Shown: one piece after another, positions 11,761 to 25,100 of the stretch
How positions within the stretch are numbered: position 1 is the first letter of the stretch
How the letters are laid out: every line of letters starts with the position of its first letter
Assembly: GCA_010909165.1 (NCBI GenBank)
Contig: MU008177.1
Location: forward strand, 186,001-250,000
Source: Anthoceros angustus
Lineage: Eukaryota > Plantae > Anthocerotophyta
Direction: 5' to 3'
Length of the DNA stretch: 64,000 nucleotides
The notes under the pieces: model-generated
What the model saw: the letters and a program-made list of their open reading frames with translations, nothing else
What the model was told of the DNA's origin: nothing
Database searches by the model: none
Program-made: the position numbers and the translations under genes

Positions 11761-12554
11761 CCCTTCAACTCCATGAAAGCCGACTCCTCTTGAGTCCAAC
11801 GCCAAGTCACCAATGTCATTCAACGCAAGTCATGAACTTCTTCAACCCAAGAATGCTCCTCAATGGTCACAATCGCTCCACCTTGGTGGCATGCGGCGAG
11901 ATCCCAAATCCATGGCCAACTCCTCTCGTGCTCGCTCTCCTTGCCTCCAATCGACACTGATGGGCCTTCAACTCGACAAGCTGGCTCAATGCGATGATGC
12001 TCCTCAAAGAAGGCGAGATCCCAAATCAAGTTGGCTCATGTCTTCAACCAAATGGCATGTAATTCCACCGACAAGCAATCCCCAAACGCTTTTTCTTCTT
12101 GTCTTCTTGATCTCTACTTGGTGAAACCCTAGCCTCAAGTCCAATGTTGAGAAGAACTTGGCACCCAATGGTGTCGAAGATCTCTTGAGTCGGCATGGGA
12201 TAGTGGTCATGTGGGATTCGCTCGTTCAACGGCCGATAGTCACCACACATTCTCCTCTCCGTCCACAATCCATTCTCATCCTTCTTTTCGAAGCACCGCC
12301 GCATGCATCGCGAGTTAGATCGTCGAATCAGCCCTAGCTTGAGAAGCTCTTGGCATCGATTCTCAACCAAATCCCACTCGGCCTTGCGAGCATCCTCTGC
12401 GGAACACCGGTTCATCCGTGGTCAGTTCTATGTGGAACTTCCCTTTGGTGTACTTCCCCATCTCCGCAAGCGTGAAAGCAAACACATGTCGCGATGCCTC
12501 CAACAACTCCTTTAGCCGACGCTGATTGCTCTTCAACTCGACGCCTGTAACCAC
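11760..12554 (-). pseudogene. Gypsy reverse transcriptase, frameshifted and partly deleted
   Basis: LKELLEASRHVFAFTLAEMGKY; QELLKLGLIRRSNS; RMCGDYRPLNERIPHDHYPMP; AKFFSTLDLRLGFHQV; WNYMPFG. Confidence 0.9.
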
Positions 12555-12714
12555 TCATGTGGTTGTGGCTCGATGGCTTGCACGCTTCCTCTCGTGCTCG
12601 CCTCCTTGCCTCCAAACTCGCCTTCTCCTGAGATGCGAGTGCCGGAATGTCCTTCACCCACCGAACCCGCTTCAACCCCGCCTTCTTGGTTTTGAAGTTG
12701 GTAAGCGACTCCGC

Positions 12715-13690
12715 TAAACAACCAGGTCATCATGTTCACGCCAAATGCTTGCCCAAGCAATCGACACCGTTCCTTCTCGGTCACTCCGGTGTCTTCGTGG
12801 CTCCCATCAAATCCCATGGCCAACTCCTCTGTGTGCTGGCTCTCCCAAGGCCTCGCCATGTCCACCCACCACAACGCCGGGCCATGGTTCCAAGGCGTAA
12901 GACTTGGACTTAGACACAAAGGTTGGCCAAGCCGCCATGGGGTGTCAGGCGTGTTCACGAAGTGCGGCGGCTTGTCGCCTTGATGACTTGTTGGGCATGC
13001 CTTCCGATGCTAGCACATCCTTGACAACATGATTAGGTCGCTTGGTGAACGACCAAGACACTTCAAATGTTCCAAGGGAGCAAGGTTAGTCCACATGGAC
13101 CTCAACCTATGAGCCCTCGAACCAAATTGAGTCGCATCCAATAGAAGCTCCCGACCCAACACTCCTCGGATCGTGGCAAAGTCCTCCGAACTTGCTTCTT
13201 CACGCTCATGTATGCTGGTACATTCTCTAACATGTATCCACAAGGCCTTTCTTGCCCTTTCTAGATCAAGCGCAAGATCCTCATCAGGTCGTAGAACAAT
13301 GCTGTTCGTGGTTCCTTCAGACCTTGACCCTTGCCTGCAGAGGATAATCCTTGACATTCCCAACCTGCGATGACAAGGTCCACCGGTTGCCCAAGACAAC
13401 TCAAATGGGACAACCCTATCATGCGAACATCCATCGGCGCCTGCGGTAACCCTTCACCGACTCCCACGCCGAGGTTAGGTACTCCCCATCAAGTCTCTTA
13501 CGCTCGTGACACAATCCTTGCTTTTGGATCCGGGTCACAACGCACGTATCTTCGCACTTTGATGCCACACTTTAGCACTGCTTCCAAGCCGGTACTAATG
13601 CCTCCAAAGAGTTCCAGGAGCACTATGCCGCCTTCTCGAGGTCGCCATGTGATGACCTGGGTGTTTAGGTCACAAACAGGCTCAACCCTA
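12715..13690 (-). pseudogene. Retrotransposon-borne DNMT3-like C5-cytosine DNA methyltransferase, frameshifted
   Basis: Motif I IVLLELFGGISTGLEAV; motif IV VDLVIAGWECQGLSSAG...RTALFYDL; motif VI RPCGYMLENVP (~13217-13250); motif VIII LLDATQFGSRAHRLRSMWTNL; motifs IX-X ELAMGF...TEKERCRLLGQAFGVNMMTWLF. The motifs are in the correct order. Confidence 0.88.
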
Positions 13691-13699
13691 GGCAAGAAC

Positions 13700-14330
13700 T
13701 GAGGTCTTCTCGGCTTTCCTCGGTTCACCAGATTTCTGTTTTCGGCATTCCCTTTCCCAATGCCCTTGCAGCCCACACCAGTTGCAAGTGCCAGATCTTT
13801 TGGTCTGTCCTGGTTTGGAAAGACAACTACCAGGGGAGTTTCTATTCCCATTCTACGATTTGCCTTTTGATGCATAGAGAGAGTACTTTATCCGTCTTAG
13901 TGCATCATGATCCATGACTGGATGAACTGGCATGACTTTTCTCCTCTTGAAATAAAGCACCAACAACATTTGTAAAACTAATAGTGGTTGGTTTACCTGC
14001 AGCTACAACATTACCAGCATCCCGGAGGGTGGCTCCATAGCTGGAGACAAAAGGCTGGTAACTAGAAGGCAGGCTAGTTAGGAGTTGAGCAACAACATCC
14101 AGTTCACTCATGGTGGAGCCTAAGGAGATGAGTTGTGCACGAAGCTGACGGAATCTGCCAAGGAAAGCTGCAGCCTTCTCGCCTTCGCGCATCCGGAGGG
14201 AGAAGAGTTCCCCTCGGACAGCACATAGAATGAGAATGTTCTTCACCTCGTTTGACTGCGCAAGTTGTGTCCATATCTCCTCCGCTTTGTTCAGGTAAGC
14301 AACATCTGGAACCAGGACCTCATCAAGGCC
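13700..14330 (-). pseudogene. Ty1/Copia gag remnant (UBN2/Retrotran_gag_2 plus CCHC zinc knuckle)
   Basis: ELFSLRMREGEKAAAFLGRFRQLRAQLISLGSTMSELDVVAQLLTSLPSSYQPFV; knuckle CNWCGLQGHWEREC at ~13745-13786. Confidence 0.85.
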
Positions 14331-14692
14331 ACTTTTTTCTTTGAAGTCGATAGCATATGCAGGTTGAGCGTAAGGTGACGAGGCGGAGGTGGTGGAGGAG
14401 TAGAGGTAGACATGGTGGAGAGCACCTGGTCAGAGTAGCCAGCAGGAGTTAAGGGGAGCAAGAGCTCCCGAATTTGGCTCCTGTTCTGAAACGACCAGTC
14501 TCTTCACCAGATTAGTTACAGGTGAGTAACGATTCATCTCATCAGCTGAAGCGGGATGTAGATGAAGCAGTGCCTTCAAGAAACTGACGTGCCATTTGGT
14601 TCCCTTCCTCGTAGACGTGGCTCTGGAAAGGAAGAGGCGCCTAGGCGCTCACAACAGTTAGGATCTGAGCCCGAAGCGTGATCCCAGTGCCA

Positions 14693-14940
14693 TGTTTTGA
14701 TGGAAAGCCTCACGCAAGAAACAAGATCGCTCAAACAAAGAAATCAACTTTTTGTAATGAAGATCGACTTCCTCCACTCGAGCTTTCAGGTCCTGTAGAT
14801 CCCGAAACGTGATGATGAGACAATCGTCAGAAAGAATGGGGGTTCTTTGAGTTGTGTGGTGAGGTCTGTGGCGTTCGCAACAGTGAAATTGCTGTCTTGG
14901 ATTTGAAATCCTTGAAGAGGCTGAGAACGGTGACTGGATA
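14693..14940 (-). mobile_element. Putative Copia 5' LTR, left part (continues at 36480-36693 and 37255-37264)
   Basis: Starts TGTT at 14693, right next to a minus-strand TGG-starting PBS-like sequence (TGGCACTGGGAT). A matching ...AACA end lies at 37264 once the two insertions are removed. Confidence 0.4.
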
Positions 14941-14970
14941 CCCTACTAGAAAAGGGCACCCTATGTTACA
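14941..14970 (+). repeat. Left TIR (30 bp)
   Basis: Exact reverse complement of 36447-36476. Confidence 0.95.
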
Positions 14971-15949
14971 CTTTATGTTAAGATTTGGACCCCTGGATGT
15001 AACACTCATGTTGCAATTTTGGGGTCATGTAACACTTTTGGGCCCCTTGTTACACTTTTGGCTTGGAAACCATACCACGGCCGTTGTTGCAATCATGTTG
15101 CAATGGTGTTGCAATTATGTTAAGATGAAGTGAGAGGTGGTTTTGCCTCTCTCAAAATTGCAACATGATTGCAACATCTAAAATGTTACAAGAGAGGTCT
15201 TGTAACACTTTTGGAGGCTTGGTAGAACCTCCTCCCCATCCACTATTTTCCTTTTACTTTTGCCCTTGCAATACCACGTTTACTTGGTAGTTACCTGTGC
15301 CTTCAATCGACCATATATAAAATACATGCGAATACATCCTTATACTATACACATGTAGTCTGATAAATGTAATATATTATTCTAAGTGCTATAAGGCGTA
15401 TTCAATTTCATATAAAATAAGTTTGTATACTATCGTATTCCATACGTACCTTTTGGTATACATATTCATGATGCGGTACTATGTATTTACTATCGTGTAA
15501 ATAGCGGCTCTTTCTACCCCTACTTTATAGCATGCGGCGTGCGGTTTGTCCTTCCACGTCACCAATAGCCAGCTTCATATAGTCCCCACCTATCACCTTA
15601 TTGTGACGCATCACGTGAGGTTATGCCCCTACAAGATTGTCTTTGTGCGGAGGTTTTGGTATGCTCGGCTTATGCTTTTACGCCTCCATGTAAGGCACTT
15701 CCTACTCGTCATCGTATGCACCTCGAAACTTCCGCCCTCCGTTCGATTCCCAATTTTCTTCTTCCCCTCACTTGCGTTGGTGAGGCAAGCTTTGCCACTT
15801 CTACCGCTTCCTCCACGCGCTGCATGCACATACAACCAACATGGCCATCATGAGTTACCCAACGTTAATGGGTGTACCAATCACCATAGTGACCATTTGC
15901 CTTACCTTCCGTCGGTCCCTCCTCGTATCTTACGCTTGGTGGGCGGTTT

Positions 15950-17560
15950 CCTCGTCCGTCCTTCTTCCGTATGGCCCGTGCCCTTGTCACTCGCCCACCG
16001 CCGCCTCTACTCCTCCTCTTTTCCTCTTCGCCCGCCACCCTTTATCGCGGTGGCGTTGCCTCAACTGGGCTCCACTATGTAGGTCCATGCTCTCGGCCGG
16101 AGGCTGCAAGATATGTGTCTGCACGAAATTAGGCACCTCGTCCTCTTGACTGCCTCTTGGATCGTCCATTTATCGCGTCCCCCCGTCCTGTCCCCCTTGC
16201 CGCATCGTGCGGCCTTTGCCCATATCAAAGGCGCCTGCATGATGCCCTCTTGGACCTCCTTCATTCTCTCTCCCCCTGGACATCTGCCTCATGCTAGTGA
16301 CGCGCCTTTTTGGCCCTGCCCCGAGCATGGATGCTGCTGGGTGATCCACTGCTGTCCGTCCCCGCCACCCGCTCCTCCTACTCCCCCTGCGTTTTTTTGG
16401 CTGTCCACCGTGCACACAAGTGTGTTTCCTCCTGGTGACGGATCAGTTGCCCCCCTCCGTGGTCCACCACCCGACTCCTGCCCTCCACACTCATTGTTCC
16501 TGCCATTCAGCAGCGTCGTCATCCATCGATCCCACGGCCTCCACCCTCCGCAAACATGGTCACCTTCCGGTCTCGGGCACTCCTCCACCTCTTCTCCATT
16601 TGCTTGCTGCCCACGTGACCTGACCCTCGCCTCCACACTCATTGTTCCCATTCAACGGCGTCGTCAATCCATCCGATCCCAACGGCCTCCACCCTCCGCA
16701 AACATGGCGTCACCTTCCGGTCTGCACCTCCACCTCTTCTGTTGCTTGCTGCCCACGTGACCCTCCGCCGCCTCCAATCACACCATTCCGGGCATGCGGC
16801 TTCCACCAAACACAGGCGATCGTGGTGTCGCGGCACCAATTCGTCCATCTGTCGTTTCCCCTCTGCTGCCTCCCTCGCTTGCGCCCTCGTGATGCGTGGC
16901 CCGTCTCCACTTCACCCACTCTTGTTTCATCGTCGCCTTTCCCCCTTCCAATACCGTTGTGCCCGCCTCCTCCCCCAAGCCCCCCTTAGTGCCATCTGCA
17001 TTCCTTCCTAGCCTCTCCACGTCCACATCGCCACCACGTGCACCTGCTGCCTCCACCCCTTCCTTCCGTCGCCTCGGAAGGCCACCATATCGAGGATCCA
17101 TCTCCAATTCAATGTCATTAAGCAAAATGGTCATTTCCTTGTTCTCCTTGCAATGGCACGAATCTACGGTGTCTTGTCATACACTCCACCTTACCGCTGT
17201 AGGAACCTGCAGAACCCCACTATCGCGGACCGCCCACAGTGCATGGAAATCGTCCTCTTCAACCTCCCATACTGCCTCTTCTTCCGTTGGAAACCGCCCA
17301 TCTTGATTCTCAAACCTCACCACCAGACGCCCTCCCTTTCCCCATGGGTTTGGACCCATCCCCGTTTTGGCTAGCCTCTCTTTTGCTGCGATTTCGTACT
17401 TGATGGCTCAAACTTCCGTTCCTCTTCAACTCCATCCGAGCCCATGCAAGTGCATCTTCCCACTCTTCGTCATCCACCATGCTCGGTTTCTTCCATGTCC
17501 TCCCCTCTACCATTTCCTCTAGCGCCGGCGCCTTCTTCCACACATCGAGTGCGTGTCCGC
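15950..17560 (-). pseudogene. CACTA TnpA/ORF2-like remnant (Transposase_24-like), tentative
   Basis: KKPSMVDDEEWEDALAW...GSKPMGKGG...GRFPTEEE and WTIQEAVKRT, lying downstream of the transposase on the same strand. Includes a ~150 bp tandem duplication at 16482-16763. Confidence 0.45.
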
Positions 17561-20500
17561 GTCATCTGCGAGAAGTGTCGGCTTATCTTGGACTTGACCA
17601 CAGTGCAGGAATGCTTGAGACACGGATTTCACTAACGTGCTTTCTCTTCTTCGGGCGTCCGCCATCTTGCGGTGCAGTTCATTCACAACCTTCGTCCTCA
17701 CGGTACCAGCGATTGCGTGCCTTGCTCGCCCGAACAACATGAGTCCCTCCCCGCTTCATGTGGTTGCATGGCCTCCTTGACCATTTCACCCCATGCTTGT
17801 TTATCAAGGCTTTAACGATTGCATCGTTGTCCACCGCACTCACGCGCCCGGCGGATCCGAACCTGCCTCATCACAGGTTAGAACACCACCCCTTGCGAAA
17901 TTGATTGCGCCATTCGAGATCAAGTGCGTGTCGTATTGTCGCTGCCTCTGCTTCCGGCCTTCCGATTCCACTTTCCCTTCTTGCAATCGCCACCGCCCGG
18001 CCCTCGAAAGGTTGCCTCCCTTGTCCCCATGCTTAAACACCCCGGCATGCGGTGCTCTGTGTTACCGTTTGTCCACCATGCCCACTCGGCTGCAAACTTG
18101 AGCGTGTGCACACTTGCGGCGTCACTTGCGGCAAAGTGTGCACTTGGTGCACACTTTGCCGGCATCACTTGCCGTTAAATCGACTCCGACAACCAACCTC
18201 ATCCAAGCGTAAATAGCTCCTCCTCTATGTCGTTCAATTCTTGCACGCAATGCTCCAACTCGCATCCGTGGGAGGTTCCAGATCTCGGCGTCGTCAAAAT
18301 CAACTCCTGTTCGTGACCATCTCGCCCTCGCCTCTTACCTTCCTGGCCGTCTTGATGAGGAGGCCGCTTCTTGGTCGCCGATGTCGAATGAAGACCGCGG
18401 TGGGTGCGGGGATAGCGGCCGAGGCGGTTGCCCCCATCCTCCCCACCCGGATCGGTCCATCGTCGTCGGCCGTCGGCGGCGCCACGTGGTGTTCGCGGCG
18501 CCCGTCAGCGACTCGCCCAAGCCTCGGTCCGCCATCTTGCGGTGCGAGTTCATTCACTTCGTCCTCACGGTACCAGATTCTGCGTGCCTTGCTTCGCTCG
18601 GCCCGCGAACAACATGAGTCCCTCCCCACACTTCATGTGGTTGCATGGCCTCCTTCACCATTTCACCCCATGCTTGTTTATCAAGGCTTTAACGATGCAT
18701 CGTTGTCCACCGCACTCAGCGCGGCTGCAGACCTACCTCATCACGGTTAGAACACCACCCCTTGCGAAATTGATTGCGCCATTCGAGATCAAGTGCACTG
18801 CGTCGTGTCGCTGCCTCTGCCGGCTTGTCCGGCCCCTTCCGATTCCACTTTCCCTTCTTGCAATCGCCACCGCCCGGCCCTCGAAAGGTTGCCTCCCTTG
18901 TCCCCATGCTTAAACACACCGATGCGGTGCTCTGTGTTACCGTTTGTCCACCATGCCCACGGCACGCAAACTTGAGCGTGTGCACACTTGCGGCGTCACT
19001 TGCGGCAAAGTGTGCACTTGGTGTTGCCGGCATCACTTGCCGTTAAATCGACTCGCGACAACCAACCTCATCCGACGTAAATAGCTCCTCCTCTATGTCG
19101 TTCAATTCTTGCGCAATGCTCCAACTCGCATCCGTGGGAGGTTCCGATCTCGGCGTCGTCAAAATCAACTCCTGTTCGTGACCATCTCGCCCTCGCCTCT
19201 TACCTTCGCGGCCGTCTTGATGAGGAGGCCGCTTCTTGGTCGGATGTCGAATGGCCGCGGTGGGTGCGGGGATGAGCGACACCCGAGGCGGTTGCCCCCA
19301 TCCTCCCCACCCATCGGTCCATCCATCGTCGTCGGCGCCGCCGCCCGCGTGGTGTTCGCCTTATCACTGGCGAAGCAAGCCTCGGTGGCCATACTCTCCA
19401 CCTGTGAACCGGTTGTCCACCGCCTTCGTTCCATCTTTGAATGGCTTCCTCTCGGGCGGCGCCATGAGTCCGGTATGCGCATTCAAGGCACCATTTTGAA
19501 AAAGCTTGTTTGCAAAGGCGGCGGTGGTCATTTCTTGCTATCGGGACCAGTAGCACTTGCTACTTGCCCATAATCACAACATTTTCGACCACAACCTCGG
19601 ATTTGTGGAGCAATTTTCATGTCCCATTGGTTCTGTGCGTTACTCGTGATGTATGATATTGCCCAAATGGCGCGCTCTCAATGCCCCCATTACTCCATTT
19701 TAACGAATCATCGACTTCCTCGACCATTCCCACGCGTCACTTGGGTATTGGCACATTCCGCCATTGGATCATGCTTGTTTGTTTGGAAATACTTTAATGC
19801 CCACTTGGCATCTTGGTTTTGCCCCCATCCGTTCGCTACTCAAAGCGACATGCCACAATCTATGTGCCGGTAGCATGGGTTCCTCCTCTCTCCATCCCTC
19901 GCCGGAGTAGGCACGGCCAAGGCCCACCCTGTTTCCATCCACTCTCCGGATGCATCATGCCTTGAGTTACTGCGATGGCCACACAAATGGACCATCGATG
20001 GAGTGCACCACCTGCGGAAACCTTCTCGGTATTCACAAGGTCAAACCGTGTCGACTTCGCGATGGCCTTGTCCCTCTGGCCGACACTCGTACCATCCAAC
20101 CTTCAGCAGGCTGGATTATACTCCTCAGAAGCGCATCCGCGATGTTGCTCTATGTGGCCGTAGAAGACGCGCTCCTCTTGAGCTCCCGGCCCTGTCCCAC
20201 CCATGATAAACTTTACTGCACTATCTTTTGTGCTCCGCCGTTTATGCCTCCTGATACGAGGTGGCTGCCTTTGTTCCACACATCGAGAATTGCGTGTCCG
20301 CGTCATCCGCGTGTCGGCTTATGGACTTGACCACAGTGCAGGAATGCTTCATGATTTCACTAACCGTGCTTTCTCTTCTAACGCCCCGCCATCTTGCAGT
20401 GCGAGTTCATTCACAACCTTCGTCCTCACCAAGATTCAGCGTGCCTTGCTCGCCCGAACAACATCGAGTCCCTCCCCGCTTCATGTGGTTTGCATGGCCT

Positions 20501-22110
20501 CCTTCACCATTTCACCCCATGCTTGTTTATCAAGGCTTTAACCAGCATCGTTGTCCACCGCACTCACCGCGCCAAGAAGATCAGACTCACCCCATCACCG
20601 CGGTTAGAACACCACCCCTTGCGAAATTGATTGCGCCATTCGAGATCAAGTGCGTCGTCGGCCGTCGGCGCCGTCTGCCTCACGCTTGTCCCCCTTCCAC
20701 GATTCCACTTTCCCTTCTTGCAATCGCCGCCACCGCCCGCCTCGAAAGGTTGCCTCCCTTGTCCCCATGCTTAAACACCGCCAAGATGCCGGTGCTCTGT
20801 TACCCGTTGTCCACCATGCCCACTAACCCACCGCAAACTTGAGCGTGTGCACACTTGGCAAAGTGTGCACTTGGTGTACACTTTGCCGATCACTTGCCGT
20901 TAAATCGACTCGACAACCAACCTCATCCGACGTAAATAGCTCCTCCTCTATGTCGCTCAATTCTTGCACGCAATGCTCCAACTCCGCATCCGTCGGGTGG
21001 GAGGTTCCAGATCTCGGCGTCAAAATCAACTCCTGTTCGTGACCATCTCGCCCTCGCCTCTTACCTTCACGACCGTCCGAGGAGGCCGCTTCTTGGTCGC
21101 CGATGTCGAATGAAGACGCACTGCGCGGGATGAGCGACATGCCCGAGGCCGGTTGCCCCCATCCTCCCCACCCGGATACGGTCCATCGTCCGACGCTGCC
21201 GGCGACGCCGCCTGGTGTGCGCCGCTTTCAGACGCTGACCGCAAGCCACCGCCATACTCTCCACCTTGAACCAGTCCACCGCCTGCTCCATGTCAAGGCA
21301 ATGGCTTCCTCTCGGTGAAAGCAGGAGCCATGAGTCCCTATGTCGCATTCAAGACATTTTTTGAAAAAGCTTGTTTGCAAAGGCGGTGGTCATTTATCTG
21401 CTACCGTACGCGTGCACTTTTACTTGCCCATAATCACAACATTTGTCGACCACAACCTCGATTGTGGAGCAATTTTCATGTCCCATTGGTTACGTGCGTT
21501 ACTCGTGATGTATGATATTGCCCAAATGGCGCAGCGCTCTCAATGCCCCCATTACTCCATTTTAACGAATCATCGACTTCCTCGACCATTCCCACACACT
21601 TGGGTATTGGCACATTCCGCCATTGGATCGTGCTTGTTTGTTTGGAAATACTTTAATGCCCACTTGGCATCGGTTTTGCCCCATCCGTTCAGCTACTCAA
21701 ACGACATGCCACAATCTATGTGCCGGTAGCATGGGTTCCTCCTCTCCATCCCTCGGAGTAGGCACGGCCAAGGCCCACCCTGTTTCCATCCATCGCCTCC
21801 GGATGCATCATGCATCGAGTTACTGCGATGGCCACACAAATGGACCATCGATGGAGTGCACCATACCGGAAACCTTCTCGGTATTCACAAGGTCAAATCC
21901 GGTGTACGACTTCCGCAGCGATGGCCTTGTCCCTCCTGGCCGACACTTGTACCATCGAATCTTCAACAGAATTGGATTATACTCCTCAAAGAACTGCATC
22001 CGCAGTATTTGCTCTATGTGGCCGTAGAAGAGGCGCTCCTCTTCAGGCTCCCCGGCAGCCCCTGTCCCACCCATGATAAACTTTGCACACACTACACTAT
22101 CTTTTGTCCG
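17540..22110. repeat. Internal tandem duplications of ~0.8-1.8 kb blocks (A-A'-B-A''-B')
   Basis: 17541-18480 matches 18527-19340 (partial) and 20279-21220; 19340-20240 matches 21220-22110. Copies differ mainly by small indels. Confidence 0.85.
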
Positions 22111-25100
22111 CTTGTCCGCCTCACTGCTCGAGGTGCCTTTGTTCCACATGTGACTATGTGCGATTGCACGCGGGCCATCCATTATAGCCCTCACTTCGTG
22201 GGTCATAGCAGGATGCCCCTCCCAAGCGCTCACCGCCCTTCTTACATGCACCCACCTCTTGAAACTTCGTCGTTCCTCATGTGCACCGTACATCCTCACC
22301 TCGTCTTAAATACATGTCCAAAAGCTGCATCACCTTCGTGTGATCGGCACATAAGTATGGGCTGGCGCACCTCAGCGGCATCCATTGTATGACGGCCGAC
22401 ACCCAGACTTTTCTCCCACACGGTCCTCGGGACTCCATGATCCACCACGTGACCATAGTAACGCGGAGGAATGACATGCCGAAATGCATACTCTCCTCTC
22501 TCATATACGGCTATCTTTGGACTCTGGTTTGGCGCCGTCACTTCTGGATCCTAAGTATCTCTCCACCGGGTACATCCACAGTGTGTGCCAATGCAATCCT
22601 CGTCCACTAAATGTATTATGAGGTGGGTTGATATATCAAAGACCTTTGGAGGAATTGCTTTTCCGAGCACATCACCATGACCTCTTCTCGTTGTGCTTGA
22701 ATTTCATGGCGGTATTGTCCGGCAAATCCATCTGTCTGATCGACCCAATTTTCACAACCGCCTTGTACACCTCGGGTCTATGCACCCCGAAGGACGATGG
22801 GAAGATGATTTCCGGCATGATGTGCGATCATGGCACTTCAAGCCCACTTTGCCCCCTCTAATTTCGCTCCTATGTTAGACCCATAGCACGTGGGCGCTTT
22901 ATGCGTTTAATTCTCTCTATGACTTGGCGGAGGTCGTCTTTCGCCAAAGCGTAAGGCGCCTCGGGCAATGGCGATCCTCTCCTACCGCCACAACCACCTT
23001 TTCCCTCCATTGGCTTCCATGTCCATCCTTGATGCTAGGTCGTCTCGCTCTCCCGTCAAAGTGTGCCATATGGCCTCTGCATTGTTCTTTTCCACGTGCA
23101 TGACATCCTTTGGCGCCATCACAAGAAGGTGGCGCCAATATGGGAGCACCCTAAACAGAGAAGACATCACGCGTTCCAAAATTTCCTCATTGCGGATCTC
23201 GGTGGCGCACCTTCTCTGCGTACCATATCATCACCACATCATCAAGCGTTGGTGGCACGGGTGGGGGGAGTTCCGCCGTCCATCGTGCCTCCATGTCTTC
23301 CCGTCCGCTATCGCCGGGCAACCACCTCTGCCAACATAAACTGCTTTTTAATTGATGAGAATAGCGGAATCCAGTCCGAATCCACACACGCCCGGGTCCC
23401 TTTCACTTGCAATCCGATCGGTGCCCAACCACAGGTAGTCGGCAATGACGTTCGGCCCCGCACCTAAAATGCCTCCTAGGATCGTTCACGGTATTGAAAA
23501 GTCTTCCATGTCCACCCCTCTCACAACTCTTCCGGTTCTTCTACCGGGCGCCATATAAACATCAAAATTTTTACCATGCCCGGTCTGGTACAATGAGAGG
23601 CATGATGACATGGGCGTCCTTTGTGCAAGCCGAGGCATGTTGTGAGCGAATAGCATAAGCGGCCATATGGACGTGTTGACACTGTGACCAAAGGGGTTGA
23701 AGCCGTCGTGCATAATGCCAACCTCAAGTTGCGAGGTTCATCCCGAACCCTTCAAGCGCATCAAATACTCTCCATGTTGGGGTGTCGCCATCATGGACAT
23801 GTCCCCATTCTCGCTTTGCCTCCCGACGTACCAAGTCATCATCATGCTATTTAGGCATTCGAACATGCGTTTCAATCGCGTCTTAGAGGAAATGCCGGAC
23901 CTTGCGAGAACGACATCTCGCTCATCAAACCCTTCCTTGTACGCGCGTGCCACTGCGAGGGCAATGGGCTGCCGCGTACTCACCCCCGAATAGAATACAA
24001 TCTTTTCACAAGCATGGATTTTCACGTATCTTGGCCCAAACATGTGCAACACTTTGCCTCGTACATGTCCTTGACTTGTTCGGCGGCAAAATATCCACAC
24101 TTAAGAGCTTTAAAAGTGCCGTCACGCGTCACGATGTCATACATCGTTTGCCACGGCAACAACGGTGTTGCGCTTAGCCCTTTCTTTCGATTGGACTTCC
24201 TCTTCAATGTGGTATAACGTTTCGCCGCGGCTCGACAAGCGGCGCCTGGACTCCATCCGCGCCCATCGCAACATCCGTGGCTTCCGACCACGTGTACGCC
24301 GGGCATATCATCACCTCCGAACCCTCATCCATACTTTCGTCGTCGGAACTACTAGTGTGGTCGGTAGGATGGCCACCGCTCGTTCCTGTCGGATCGAGCC
24401 GTATCCGAATCAATGGGGTGCGGGCGTCAAGGCACGCGCTCTTCTATGCCGCTCGTGTCGCCGACGCAAAAGCCACCTTAAAGCTAGAATTGGAGTGCAT
24501 TTGCTGGCCATTGATGCGAGAGAACTCACGGCCACGCGGGTGCACAGGCGGTGGCGCAGATGAATTCTTGAAATGTGTGCGAATACGAGCTGCGAGCTCG
24601 CGACCTGATGGCGGCGGGGACAATACATGTACACCGTGACCGCATTTCGTGGCATCCTCCCGTCGTGATCGGTAGGCACGGCAACACCTGACAAAGGTGG
24701 TACATCCGTTATCCGAACGCCCGTCCCCGGTGTGCAATCATGACTTCATGACCCATAAACACGACGACGTAGGACACAGGCGTGCTTGCGAAACCATGGA
24801 CGGAAGCACAAACGCGTCACACCGCATCGCATTTCGTGGCATCCTCCCTGTGGTCGTGATCCGTAGGCACGGCAACCACGACAGCAAAGGTGGTACATCC
24901 GTTATCCGAACGCCCGTCCCCACGGTGCAATCATGACTTCATGACCCATAAACACGAACACGTAGGACTGGAACGTGCTTGCGAAACCATGGACGGAAGC
25001 ACAAACGCCACCGCATGGAGATCCGCCGTCCGTGATGACCCACCGGCGGGTAAGTCGACCGACGATCGGGGCAAAGCGGCTACGCCGGCGATGCGCATCG

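Larger units (their letters stand above)
9311..13700 (-). mobile_element. Degenerate Ty3/Gypsy LTR retrotransposon: DNMT-RT-RNaseH-integrase-PHD (its own gag/protease missing)
   Basis: Gypsy domain order RT-RH-INT on the minus strand. Motifs are listed in the sub-features. Many frameshifts. Confidence 0.9.

Noticed and set aside
13498-13875. ORF reading through from the Copia region into DNMT motif I as a real fusion protein
   Set aside because: Its N-terminal part is out of frame with the gag zinc knuckle, so it is a chance read-through of the junction.
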